A stretch of 64,000 nt of DNA from an uncultured Ignavibacteria bacterium (GCA_964461835.1 CAYWVO010000014.1:6977-70976); one strand, 5' to 3'. Counted from the stretch's first letter, positions 1 to 9,231 are shown. Notes: generated from the letters alone by a model not told the origin. Numbers and translations are program-made.

Positions 1-1456
1 GGGAATCGATGGAGCCAAATTGGTAGACATCACGCTGTTCGGCGGTAAATGTTCCCACTTTTTTCTTGCGATGAGATTTTTGCGCCGTTGGGTCGAGAAT
101 TTCGTAGGTGATATTGTAAATGGCCGAATCCCCGGCATTGCGGGCCAGGTTGTATACCTCGTAGTAAAACGCGATCGGTTGCTCCTCTAGGTAAACATGA
201 CTGGGCAGCGGCATCACCAGTCGGTTGGATTTCACATAGGGGCTGCCGGGTTCATACACCGACCAGACAAAGGACGCCAACTGGATGTCGGAGATTTCCT
301 GCACTTCCCGGCTGGCGAACTCCGGCAACCGCAGGTACTTTATGTACGTGCCCCGTTTACCGGAATAAAGGTCTTCGATCGAAACCGAAAGCTCATACCC
401 GCCCGGTGGCAGCGTAAAGTTTTTCTGTTCGACCATCAATTGTTGTTCCCCATTGGATCGGCCGACCCGGCGCGAGAGCACGCTCAAATCTGAGGCCACC
501 TCTCGCAGGGAATCATCACGCACGACAATGACGCGCCGCAAGGAAACCTGCGCCGAGTCACGCCCACCGCGGCCGAGTTCAGCCAATGGATATCCCAGAT
601 TGACATCAACGGTGAACTCCCTGCCCTCGGTGCGAAAACGGGCCAGGTCCAAGGCATAATCCAGATGTTCCGAGCCATAATCATGGAGGTAGATCGCCGG
701 CTGTAAGTCAACCACGGTGACGCGGGTCTGCACGAAATCGCCGTAGGTCTGTTCCGGGGTGATCCCGTCACTCAACGGGACCATGGTGAATATTCCGAGG
801 CCATCCTCGTCCTGAAATTGAAAGGTAAGTCCGTACCGGTAATACTCCCACACTTCCCCGTCCGGGCCGCGGGAATTAACCATGAATTCGGAATCGCGAT
901 TCGGTATGCGCAACATTTCATCTGTTGAGGAAGCGTCCCCGGAGAAATCGCGTTGTTCTACTTCGCTGCGGGAAAGCCCTTTCAGTCGCGATCCCCGCGC
1001 ACCTAGCGCATCGCGCCGATCCCAAAAATTATCGAGTTGCATGATCCGCTGGTTCGGTTCCCCGTAGCGGATATACACCTCACCCCGATCATCCCAAGGC
1101 AGCGGCCCCAGTGGATTTGAGAAGTAATACAGGGAATAGCGTAAACGGCGGTGATGTTCGTCGCGGAACTCGTTCTCCGGCGTGGTGGGAGTGGGGTCAT
1201 GCGCCTGCCAGAACATCCGCAGCCAGCCGGACCGGGCGCTATCCGGTAAAGCGCTTAGCTCTTCATAATCCGCGGGAGTCAACAGTGCTTGCAGGCCGGC
1301 GTCCTTTTCCCGTTCGGATAACGGCGGGAGGCGATCAGCATCACGACCATCGTAGGTACCCGCACAACCGACAAGAACCGCGACACCGATTGCCACGGAG
1401 ATAAACCACAACCCGAACGAACTGGGCGGGCATTTTTCTTTGCAGCAATTGGACAT
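1..1456 (-). CDS. GWxTD-like domain lipoprotein. N-terminus and start are in the window; the C-terminus runs off the 5' edge, which is why it is missing from the ORF track.
   Basis: Manual translation of the reverse strand from ATG at 1454-1456 gives a continuous ORF to position 1: MSNCCKEKCPPSSF...LVGCAG (signal peptide plus lipobox), then WLRMFWQAHDPTPTTPENEFRDEHHRRLRYSLYYF...PWDDRGEVYIRYGEPNQ. This resembles the GWxTD-domain signature, with the motif degenerate as PWDDRG. Confidence 0.55.
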   Translation of the reverse strand, partial: MSNCCKEKCPPSSFGLWFISVAIGVAVLVGCAGTYDGRDADRLPPLSEREKDAGLQALLTPADYEELSALPDSARSGWLRMFWQAHDPTPTTPENEFRDEHHRRLRYSLYYFSNPLGPLPWDDRGEVYIRYGEPNQRIMQLDNFWDRRDALGARGSRLKGLSRSEVEQRDFSGDASSTDEMLRIPNRDSEFMVNSRGPDGEVWEYYRYGLTFQFQDEDGLGIFTMVPLSDGITPEQTYGDFVQTRVTVVDLQPAIYLHDYGSEHLDYALDLARFRTEGREFTVDVNLGYPLAELGRGGRDSAQVSLRRVIVVRDDSLREVASDLSVLSRRVGRSNGEQQLMVEQKNFTLPPGGYELSVSIEDLYSGKRGTYIKYLRLPEFASREVQEISDIQLASFVWSVYEPGSPYVKSNRLVMPLPSHVYLEEQPIAFYYEVYNLARNAGDSAIYNITYEILDPTAQKSHRKKKVGTFTAEQRDVYQFGSIDS

Positions 1457-1708
1457 ACTGGCTACCGCCCTCCCCACACTACCCTACTTTACAATACGGC
1501 ATTTCAGAGGCAATATGCCCGGCTGTTTTGCAAAAATGCGGTTGCCAAGAGGAGAATGATCTGCTTTTATCCCCGTAAGTCCATGTTGTCCATAACAAAA
1601 GATCCCGGGGCAATTCCGCTTCTATACAATACTGCGGTGTACCAGCAAAGTACCAGCGTCACGCGAAAAGCAATGGTATAACAATGGCGGATTCCGCGGG
1701 CGACCGTG

Positions 1709-2506
1709 TTACCGTAGCGGCTTGGAGGCGGTGATATTCGCCGAAACGACAAAGTCATCAATCTTTTTGTCCGGTGCCCAATCCTTGATGAATTCACGGC
1801 TTTCGTCTTTCGGTTCCACCTTCACGTCGGTGAAACCACATTCGGCCAGCAAGGCGGTCAATCGGTCAATATGTTCGGCACCCGCGACACAGCCGCACAG
1901 CAGTTGCTCATCGTTTTTGACCTCTTCGGGAATTTCCGCCGTAGCGACCACATCGGAGATCGCCAGACGCCCACCGGGCTTTAACACGCGCAACGCCTCA
2001 CGATATACCGCCGCTTTGTCGGGAGAAAGGTTAATCACACAATTGGAGAGAATGACATCTACCGTCCCGTCGGCTACCGGCAAATGTTCGATTTCCCCGA
2101 GGCGAAAATCGACGTTCCGGTAATTCCCTTTGGCGGCGTTTTCACGGGCGGTGCGCACCATTTCCGGAGTCATATCCACTCCAATCACCTGCCCCCGGTC
2201 ACCGACACGTTTCGCGGCCAGAAAACAATCGAATCCACCGCCACAACCTAAGTCGAGGACCACTTCGCCGGGTTGCAACGCGGCAATGGCCTGAGGATTG
2301 CCGCAGCCCAGTCCCATATTGGATCCTTCGGGGACGTTTTGCAGGTCTTCCTGGGTATACCCCAAGCGGTCTGTCATAATTTGAACCGGCATGCCATGTG
2401 TATCACAGGGCTCGCCGCCCCCACAACATGAAGTCCCTTTGGTTGCCACGTCAGCATAACTCTTCTGCACAATTTCGCGCACCTGGTCGGCGGTCTTCTT
2501 CGCCAT
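1709..2506 (-). CDS. arsM: Arsenite S-adenosylmethionine methyltransferase.
   Basis: N-terminal CCGGG/Cys pair. SAM-binding motif VLDLGCGGGFD. Conserved C-terminal-region Cys in SNCVINL. Start chosen at the internal MAKKT Met (2504-2506); the ORF extends to 2602. Confidence 0.85.
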   Translation of the reverse strand: MAKKTADQVREIVQKSYADVATKGTSCCGGGEPCDTHGMPVQIMTDRLGYTQEDLQNVPEGSNMGLGCGNPQAIAALQPGEVVLDLGCGGGFDCFLAAKRVGDRGQVIGVDMTPEMVRTARENAAKGNYRNVDFRLGEIEHLPVADGTVDVILSNCVINLSPDKAAVYREALRVLKPGGRLAISDVVATAEIPEEVKNDEQLLCGCVAGAEHIDRLTALLAECGFTDVKVEPKDESREFIKDWAPDKKIDDFVVSANITASKPLR

Positions 2507-2608
2507 CTCGATACAGTCCTCGCCTGTGTTCAATAAACTCAGTACCTTGAGTAGATACGTACTCATGGCACAGGCTGAAGATGGGGAATGGCAGGAAGTC
2601 ACAACAGG

Positions 2609-3007
2609 TTATGAGGGAATGAGTTTGGCCTTCTCCCATTCCTCCCCCAGCACTACTTCCGCCTCTTTCGCCGCCTGGTCCACGTACTCATGCGGCACCC
2701 AGAGGAATACGCCCACGCTGTCGGGACGGAGCGGAACCAGGCCCATATTCATGACCACGCCGAAATAGCCGGCATGCGATTGAATCACTGCCGGGATTTC
2801 TTTCGCCCGCAACGCCTGCACCGCGAGGTCCGCAAAATGCATCGAGTGGAACCGGGCAATTTTGGCCCACTCGCGCTCGATGTCAACATCGTTGGGAATA
2901 CCCTGGTGCTCCTGCTCCGGCAGCACGTCTACCAACTGTTCGCCGCAATCCGGACAGACCGCGACCTGTGGCTCGTATTCATACCGACAACTGGGGCAAA
3001 ACGGCAT
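2609..3007 (-). CDS. Hypothetical protein: N-terminal zinc ribbon (CPSC...CPDC) plus a DUF2007-like domain.
   Basis: 132-aa ORF with two CxxC pairs at the N-terminus. The remainder resembles the small putative-signal-transducing DUF2007 fold; the family call is tentative. Confidence 0.45.
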   Translation of the reverse strand: MPFCPSCRYEYEPQVAVCPDCGEQLVDVLPEQEHQGIPNDVDIEREWAKIARFHSMHFADLAVQALRAKEIPAVIQSHAGYFGVVMNMGLVPLRPDSVGVFLWVPHEYVDQAAKEAEVVLGEEWEKAKLIPS

Positions 3008-3082
3008 TTGATCCCCCTGACCTCGCCTTTCCCCAATAAACCGAAAAACAGGGACAATTCATACAGGTAATCAAAAAAACCG

Positions 3083-3113
3083 CCCCGAATAATCAGGACG
3101 GTGAAATTTACTG
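3083..3113 (-). terminator. Candidate intrinsic terminator on the minus strand.
   Basis: Minus strand reads ACCGTCC-loop-GGGCGGT followed by TTTTTTT (plus-strand A-run at 3083-3089). 7-bp stem with one G.U wobble. Confidence 0.3.
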
Positions 3114-3381
3114 GGGAGAGAGAATTTGAATAGTCAAAACACTGGTTTTTATACGGTAAAGGTTTTTTACAGCCGCCGTTACCATTTTGCCCTCGCTCTC
3201 CCTGGTTTGGGGTCACGGCAAGAAACGCAGGCGCCGGAGACGACCTTCATTGGATTGGTGTTAAGGATTCTTCAAATCCAGCTCTCCCCTAAACTTTTCC
3301 TTCCTCTTTATACGAGACGTGATAACACCCTTGTTCCAATTATCGACATTTTATCGGTTCGATCTTTAATTCCCGGACCAT

Positions 3382-3693
3382 TTAGTCTTTAAAAAGATCA
3401 TCCCATTTTTTCTTGATATTGCCCTTGCCTCTGCGGCCTCTGCGGGCCTCCGGCGGGATTGGCGTCAGCGCCAGTCGCCAGTAACTGCAAAAATTCACGG
3501 CCTCGTTTTCACCGGAGTAGTCCGCTTCATGCTCGTCGCAGTCGTTGTAGCTGCCGGGACTGAAATGGCGGCATTGCCGGCAACACCGCAACGGCGCCAG
3601 GCATTTGGGACAATCCGTCTGACGGGTGATCTTCTCATCCGCCAGGAAGCGATGCCCGCAAGACCAACAATACATGTTCTTCCCGTACGCCAT
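3382..3693 (-). CDS. Cys-rich zinc-ribbon hypothetical protein.
   Basis: 103 aa with 10 Cys, including CWSCG...CPKC and CCRQC. Basic C-terminal tail. No recognisable family. Confidence 0.5.
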   Translation of the reverse strand: MAYGKNMYCWSCGHRFLADEKITRQTDCPKCLAPLRCCRQCRHFSPGSYNDCDEHEADYSGENEAVNFCSYWRLALTPIPPEARRGRRGKGNIKKKWDDLFKD

Positions 3694-3943
3694 ATCATCA
3701 ACTCCGTTACATGTAACATGGGAAAGGCAGTATCCGTTGGCAACTGTATTCTCAGAAAATGACTGAACTCAACTACACCCCCAGATCTCGGCGAATTTGT
3801 AATCGTTGAATCTCGCGCACGTACTGCTTATATTTATGTTTTGGGTGGAACCAGTCGCCGATCGTTGTGTCGATCTGACGGATGTCAATTCTTGTCGCGA
3901 CGTCGGTAGCACGTGCTGTGTTCATCCAGGCGGGAGATTGCCT

Positions 3944-5134
3944 GTGCGAAGAATAATCCTGGATCGCGCTGACCGCTTACAACGAATACCGGAAGACTTC
4001 GGTAGTATGGATCGGCTGGCGGCGCGGGTGGATGCTAAAGCGACACCAATTATCGATCTTTCGATCATCGATTGTACGGTACCTTCGGCAGTTACCTTCC
4101 CGGACCTGCCGGCCCAGGAGGTACTCACCCCACCGGACCGCAGTGATTACCAGGGATTTGCGCAAGTAATTGCCGGCCTCTACCACGAGCGGTTGGGTAT
4201 CACCCTTGATCCGGATCGTGAAGTACTACCACTGGCCGGCTCCGCGGTCGGATTGTTTCTGTTAGGCCTCGCCTATGTCGATCCGGGAGACATGGTGTTG
4301 CTGCCGGATCCCTGCCCACCGATTTACCGCAGTGCCGCCGCCTTGTGCGGCGCCGGCATCCAGACACACCTCCTGCACGACCGCCATCACTATTTGCCCG
4401 ATACGCGAGCCATCGAAGACACACTCGTGGGTAAGACCAAATTGTGGATTCTCGGATATCCGCAGAATCCCTCGACCGCGCTCGCCGATCGGGACGCCGT
4501 TACTGAAATTGTCAATCTCGGACGTAAGCACAATATCCTGATCGCCTTTGATAACTCCTTTTCATTCTTGGTCGATCCGCACACCGGTGATCACGGACTG
4601 TTGGGACATCCACGGGCGCGGTCCACCGGCGTGGAAATCCTCTCACTCGACGACACCTTTGGCCTGGGCGCCCTTCATCTGGCGGCCGTAGTCGGCAACC
4701 GTGAGGCAATTGCCGGGATTACGAATCTGGCCGGGGGCGCCGGGTTGCTGCCCGGCCGGGCCGCGCTGAGACTGGGCACGGAAATGGTTCGACGTTCTCA
4801 GGAAATCCTGGCTGCGCGGCGGACGTCATTCACCGAAGCACGGGCCATTCTCCAGCGGGCATTTGACCGCGTGGGCTGGCAGGCACGAGGCGTTGATGGT
4901 GTACCATACTGCTGGGTGACGATCCCTCGCCGGTTTTCGTCACTGGGATTCGCGCGACGCCTTCTGCGGCGAACCGGTATCAAGATTGCCCCCGGCACCA
5001 TTTTCGGGGAGCGCGGTGAAGGATATGTGCGGATTTCAATCCTGCAAGATACGAAGGCCATGCACTCAGTCGCCGACAAACTGGAATCCTTCGGTCGGAT
5101 GCGGACGCGCCGCGGGTCATCAGCCGATCAGTAA
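3944..5134 (+). CDS. Class I/II (fold type I) aminotransferase-fold protein lacking the PLP-binding lysine (Asp in its place); probably non-catalytic or divergent.
   Basis: Aminotransferase hallmarks are present: the FDNSF region (Asp that contacts the pyridine N) and C-terminal GEGYVRIS with the conserved Arg. The SxSK motif reads SLDDTF. There is no Lys anywhere in the ~60 residues around the expected Schiff-base position. Start proposed at GTG 3944, preceded by GGGAGA at 3931-3936; the ORF is open from 3806. Confidence 0.7.
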   Translation: MRRIILDRADRLQRIPEDFGSMDRLAARVDAKATPIIDLSIIDCTVPSAVTFPDLPAQEVLTPPDRSDYQGFAQVIAGLYHERLGITLDPDREVLPLAGSAVGLFLLGLAYVDPGDMVLLPDPCPPIYRSAAALCGAGIQTHLLHDRHHYLPDTRAIEDTLVGKTKLWILGYPQNPSTALADRDAVTEIVNLGRKHNILIAFDNSFSFLVDPHTGDHGLLGHPRARSTGVEILSLDDTFGLGALHLAAVVGNREAIAGITNLAGGAGLLPGRAALRLGTEMVRRSQEILAARRTSFTEARAILQRAFDRVGWQARGVDGVPYCWVTIPRRFSSLGFARRLLRRTGIKIAPGTIFGERGEGYVRISILQDTKAMHSVADKLESFGRMRTRRGSSADQ

Positions 5135-5215
5135 TCCCTCGGAGCAGGAGCTTCCCTTGCCTTCGACCGGTATGTACCGTACCTTCTCACCAGCAACGTT
5201 CGCAGAGGTTGAGTA

Positions 5216-5584
5216 ATGGGTGTCATTCGACTGCACAACATGATGTTTTACAGCTACCATGGCGCTTCTAAGGCCGAACAGGAGACCGGGCGTCGCTACG
5301 AAGTGGATGCGGAGTTGTATCTCAATCTCACCCCCGCCGCGCATACGGACCGGCTGCAAGACACTGTTAATTACCGGCGGGTGTATGATGTTGTCGCGTC
5401 GATCATTCAGGAACAGAAATTTAATCTTTTGGAGACCATTGCCACCAAGATTATGACTGAGATTCTGGATAGCTTTCCGTTAAAACGGGTGGTCGTTCGG
5501 GTGCGGAAAAAAATCCCCCCAATTCCGGGCAATCTCGATCATATTGAGATCGAAATGGATTCCGCGCAGGACAATGAGCGATAA
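5216..5584 (+). CDS. folB: Dihydroneopterin aldolase.
   Basis: 122 aa. Motifs GxxxYHGASKAEQExGRRYEVD and DTVNYRRV are typical of FolB. RBS AGAGG upstream. Confidence 0.85.
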   Translation: MGVIRLHNMMFYSYHGASKAEQETGRRYEVDAELYLNLTPAAHTDRLQDTVNYRRVYDVVASIIQEQKFNLLETIATKIMTEILDSFPLKRVVVRVRKKIPPIPGNLDHIEIEMDSAQDNER

Positions 5585-6131
5585 CAAATCTGCCACAAAC
5601 CAGCTTAAAGAGCCGACGGTGGTCTACCTAGGACTGGGATCGAATATCGGTGACCGGCACCAAGCGTTTCGCCGGGCGCTGGAGGGCATTGCCGCACTGC
5701 CCGAGACCAAGATTCGGCGGCTATCCCCGCGGTATTACACTGATCCGGTAGCGGTTGGCGGCGGGGAATTCCTCAACGGGGTGGTGGAGATTGCCACCAC
5801 GTTGACCCCGGAGGATCTTTGGCGATCAGTTGAACAGATCGAACGCGAGATTGGACGCCAACACAAAGGGCGAAGCCAGCCGCGCGTGATCGATATCGAT
5901 ATCCTGTTGCATGGCACGGAGATTGTGGAAGAGAACCATCTGCGTATTCCGCATGCGCGAATGACCGAGCGGGCGTTTGTCTTACAGCCGTTGGCCGACC
6001 TCGCTCCCGATTTCATCGTTCCCGGAACCAATCAAACCATCAAGGCTCTGCGCGATTCCCTGGAGGGCCCTCATGGCGTCCGCCCGGCACCGGTTGCCCG
6101 TGGCGCCGCCGACCTTTCAAACATGGTATGA
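5574..6131 (+). CDS. folK: 2-amino-4-hydroxy-6-hydroxymethyldihydropteridine pyrophosphokinase (HPPK).
   Basis: VYLGLGSNIGDR...PRYYTDP...RVIDIDILL. Start at ATG 5574, overlapping the folB end; the ORF opens at 5544. Confidence 0.85.
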   Translation: MSDNKSATNQLKEPTVVYLGLGSNIGDRHQAFRRALEGIAALPETKIRRLSPRYYTDPVAVGGGEFLNGVVEIATTLTPEDLWRSVEQIEREIGRQHKGRSQPRVIDIDILLHGTEIVEENHLRIPHARMTERAFVLQPLADLAPDFIVPGTNQTIKALRDSLEGPHGVRPAPVARGAADLSNMV

Positions 6132-6775
6132 TACCTGCGATGGATACGGACATTGGACACATTGCTGTGGAAGGACTTCCCGGATCGGGGCACAACCGCC
6201 TGGTCTTGTTGATTGCCGAGCAGTTTGAATTTCATTCCGAACTTGAATCCAACTGGTTTGATATTTTTTCGCCGCAGACCTCGAGTGAGAGCGCGTTCTC
6301 TGAACACCTCCGGCGATTAGTCTGGCGCTTCGAACACCAGCGTTCTCTGATTAAAACCGATATGTTCCGGCAACGGATTGTTACGGACTATATATTCGAC
6401 ACGCATCGCTTGTGGGGGCAAGCAGTACTGGAAGATTCTGACCGGGTGCTCTACCAGCATATCGCCGAAATCATCTCCCCGCCTGCTGTGACACCCGATC
6501 TGGTGGTCTATTTGCAATGCGAAACCGCAGCCTTAGCGCGGGTTTTGCACCGGGAGAAGAAGAGCGTGGACAATCGGTCGTTAACGGAACTCGTGGACGG
6601 GTACAACCGCTTCTTTTTTGAATATGAGCAATCACCCGCCTTGATTGTCCGGGTCGATCCCAATTCACTGTGGGAATCTCCCGCCCAAGTCGATGAGCTG
6701 CTTCAGCGCATCGCCGATCACAAGGGCGGCAAACAGTACATAATGTCACGGGATACCCAACTCCTTGACGATTAA
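6128..6775 (+). CDS. Deoxynucleoside kinase (dNK/dCK/dGK) family-like protein with a degenerate Walker A.
   Basis: Fold-level match to the dNK family: IAVEGxxGSG, the ERS-like motif RQRIVTDYIFD, and a LVVYLQCETAALARVL lid. The P-loop reads GLPGSGHNR instead of GxxGxGK[ST]. ATGA overlap with the folK stop at 6128-6131. Confidence 0.6.
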   Translation: MIPAMDTDIGHIAVEGLPGSGHNRLVLLIAEQFEFHSELESNWFDIFSPQTSSESAFSEHLRRLVWRFEHQRSLIKTDMFRQRIVTDYIFDTHRLWGQAVLEDSDRVLYQHIAEIISPPAVTPDLVVYLQCETAALARVLHREKKSVDNRSLTELVDGYNRFFFEYEQSPALIVRVDPNSLWESPAQVDELLQRIADHKGGKQYIMSRDTQLLDD

Positions 6776-6825
6776 CCCCGTTGAACTATAGTGTCCACAG
6801 TTTATCGACACAGCGAGGATACTCG

Positions 6826-7650
6826 ATGAGTACGGTTCCCAAACCAGCGACGGTAAAAACAGTCACGGCGCCCGATCTGGTCCATTTCAAACGGCGGGGT
6901 CAAGTGATTACGATGCTGACTGCCTATGATTATTTCACTGCCCGCATGCTCGATGAGATCGGAATCGAGGGTATTTTAGTTGGTGATTCGGCAAACATGG
7001 TCTTTTACGGGGAACAATCGACGCTGTCCATCACCCTCGATCAAATGATATACCACACCCAGGCGGTCTCCCGCGCGGCAAAGCGGGCGCTGGTCATTGG
7101 GGATATGCCGTTCATGAGTTACCAGGCCTCCGTGGAGGACGCAGTCCGCAATGCGGGGCGCATGATCAAGGAAGGCGGTGCGGGGGCAGTGAAGCTCGAA
7201 GGCGGAGAGCATATTACTCCCACCGTTTCTCGTCTCATTGATATCGGTATTCCGGTGATGGGGCACATCGGTTTGGTCCCACAGGCAATCCGTCAGCTCG
7301 GCAAATTTCGCGTGCAGGGAACCGATGAACCGTCCGAGGCATATTTGAAACGGTCGGCTCGCGCGCTGGAAGATGCCGGCTGTTTTTCGATCGTCCTGGA
7401 GATGTTACCCACCGACCTGGCTGGCGAGATCAGTAAGATGTTGACCATTCCGACAATCGGCATCGGCGCCGGGGCCCGTTGCGACGGACAAATACTGGTC
7501 ATCAATGATTTACTGGGGTTGTTTGAGGATTTCAAGCCGAAGTTTGTGCGTCGATACGCCCATCTGGCCCGCGAGGCGCGGGCAGCCTGCAAGCGGTGGA
7601 TACAGGACGTGAAAGAGCGCCAATACCCCTCCCCGGACGAAAGCTACTAG
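6826..7650 (+). CDS. panB: 3-methyl-2-oxobutanoate hydroxymethyltransferase.
   Basis: TMLTAYDY...LVGDS...GDMPFMSY...VKLEGG motifs. ATG 6826 with GAGGA RBS; the ORF opens at TTG 6781. Confidence 0.9.
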   Translation: MSTVPKPATVKTVTAPDLVHFKRRGQVITMLTAYDYFTARMLDEIGIEGILVGDSANMVFYGEQSTLSITLDQMIYHTQAVSRAAKRALVIGDMPFMSYQASVEDAVRNAGRMIKEGGAGAVKLEGGEHITPTVSRLIDIGIPVMGHIGLVPQAIRQLGKFRVQGTDEPSEAYLKRSARALEDAGCFSIVLEMLPTDLAGEISKMLTIPTIGIGAGARCDGQILVINDLLGLFEDFKPKFVRRYAHLAREARAACKRWIQDVKERQYPSPDESY

Positions 7651-7746
7651 CCCGATCTCCTGCCCCACCACCAAACACTAGTCCCTGCCGAGGCGTATCT
7701 TGACGACAGAATTAACGTGATTGGATGAATCAGCTTCGGGGGACCG

Positions 7747-8253
7747 ATGACCACGCAAGACATCACCACCCTCCGCCAGTGTGTCGAACTGGCGGTCGAA
7801 ACAGAACAACTCGGTGCGCAGCGGTACGACCAAATGGCGGAAAAGCTCTCCGATAAGCCGGATACCGCGGCTATTCTGAAGCAACTGGCAGCAGATGAAC
7901 GCGATCACGAACGGCAGTTCCGTGGCCTGTTGACCTCGATGCCGGAGGTCGACAAACCACTCGGAACTGACCGGAATAGTGAGTATTTGCGTTCACTGGC
8001 CGGCAGGGAGTTTTTTGACCGCGAGGTTGCCCCGCTATCCCAACCCGCTGAGATCACCTCGCCGGGCGACGCGCTGAGCAAGGCCCTGGCCCTGGAAAAA
8101 GCAACGGTTTTGTTTTATGATGCGATGAAAGACGTCCTCGGGCAAAACCGTGAACTGGAGACGATTATTGCGGCGGAAAAGCAGCATGTGACAACACTCA
8201 TGAAAGTGATCATGTCCGACGCGGAATTTCGTGGACTCTCCGACACCTGGTAA
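7747..8253 (+). CDS. Ferritin-like/rubrerythrin-superfamily domain protein.
   Basis: 168 aa with a paired helical E/Q...E..H-type pattern (AADERDHERQF; AAEKQHV) typical of small ferritin-like proteins. Confidence 0.5.
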   Translation: MTTQDITTLRQCVELAVETEQLGAQRYDQMAEKLSDKPDTAAILKQLAADERDHERQFRGLLTSMPEVDKPLGTDRNSEYLRSLAGREFFDREVAPLSQPAEITSPGDALSKALALEKATVLFYDAMKDVLGQNRELETIIAAEKQHVTTLMKVIMSDAEFRGLSDTW

Positions 8254-8292
8254 CCCTCGGGAGTGCCGGGAGGCACAAGAAAAGGATAAGCG

Positions 8293-8622
8293 ATGAGCGA
8301 CCTGGCGAAAATGGAATGTGTTCCCTGCAAAGGTGGCGTGCCGCCACTTAAAGGAGATGACCTTAAGCAGATTCACGAACGCCTGGGACAAAACTGGGCG
8401 GTCGAGCAGGAACACCACCTGGAAAAAGAATTCACCTTCGATGATTTCCAGCAGGCGCTTGATTTCACCAATAAGGTCGGGCAGCTGGCCGAGCAGCAGG
8501 GACATCATCCCGATATCTATCTCACCTGGGGCAAAGTGGACATCAAAATTTGGACCCACAAAATCGATGGTTTGACTGAGAGCGATTTTGTCCTGGCGGC
8601 CAAAATCGACGAACTGGAGTAA
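8293..8622 (+). CDS. phhB: Pterin-4a-carbinolamine dehydratase (PCD/DCoH).
   Basis: 109 aa. Conserved E..HHPD motif (QQGHHPDIYLTWGKV) and overall PCD length. Confidence 0.8.
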   Translation: MSDLAKMECVPCKGGVPPLKGDDLKQIHERLGQNWAVEQEHHLEKEFTFDDFQQALDFTNKVGQLAEQQGHHPDIYLTWGKVDIKIWTHKIDGLTESDFVLAAKIDELE

Positions 8623-8717
8623 TGATTCCCGGATTTCATCCGACTTCTCCATGACGGTCAATCGGCGCTGGTGAACCGACCGATATAGTAAGAAAGGCAG
8701 TTTAACAGGAGTTACTC

Positions 8718-9152
8718 ATGGCCGTAGTCAAAGATATTCTGGAGAACAAAGGAAACAAGGTTCTCTCCGCGGAAAAGACCGAGACGGTGTTGAATGCTGC
8801 CAAGCGGATGAACGAAAATCGAATCGGCTCATTGGTGATAACCGACGGTGAGAATGTCGTTGGGATCTTCACCGAACGGGATATCCTTACCCGCGTCGTC
8901 GGCGCCCGGCTCGAACCGGAGACCACCCAGGTCGGGGATGTCATGACCACGCCGGTTGCGGTCTGCCGTCGCGACACCACACTCGATGAGGCCCGCAGCG
9001 TCATGACCAAAAAACGCTTGCGGCATCTGCCGGTGGTCGAGGAAGGGCGATTGCTCGGCATTATTACAAGCGGGGATGTCCTGGCGTGGCATCTGGATGA
9101 ACACATGGAAACGGTTCAATACCTTAACGAGTATATCTACAGCCGTTATTGA
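8718..9152 (+). CDS. CBS-domain pair protein.
   Basis: 144 aa; two CBS repeats (GSLVITDGENVVGIFTERDIL; LPVVEEGRLLGIITSGDVL). Confidence 0.8.
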   Translation: MAVVKDILENKGNKVLSAEKTETVLNAAKRMNENRIGSLVITDGENVVGIFTERDILTRVVGARLEPETTQVGDVMTTPVAVCRRDTTLDEARSVMTKKRLRHLPVVEEGRLLGIITSGDVLAWHLDEHMETVQYLNEYIYSRY

Positions 9153-9173
9153 ACAAGAAATCCCTTGTGGAAT

Positions 9174-9210
9174 AAAAAAGCAGGTCGCTGTGGTCGCGCC
9201 CTGCTTTTTT
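9174..9210. terminator. Bidirectional intrinsic terminator between the convergent CBS gene and dsbD.
   Basis: AAAAAAGCAGG-15 nt-CCTGCTTTTTT. Confidence 0.6.
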
Positions 9211-9231
9211 ATTCACAAATCTTCATTTCAT

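Noticed and set aside
3806-3943. Upstream extension of the aminotransferase-like ORF (MNLAHVLLIFMFWVEP...).
   Set aside because: It overlaps the end of the convergent Cys-rich gene region and lacks an RBS. GTG 3944 with GGGAGA fits better.
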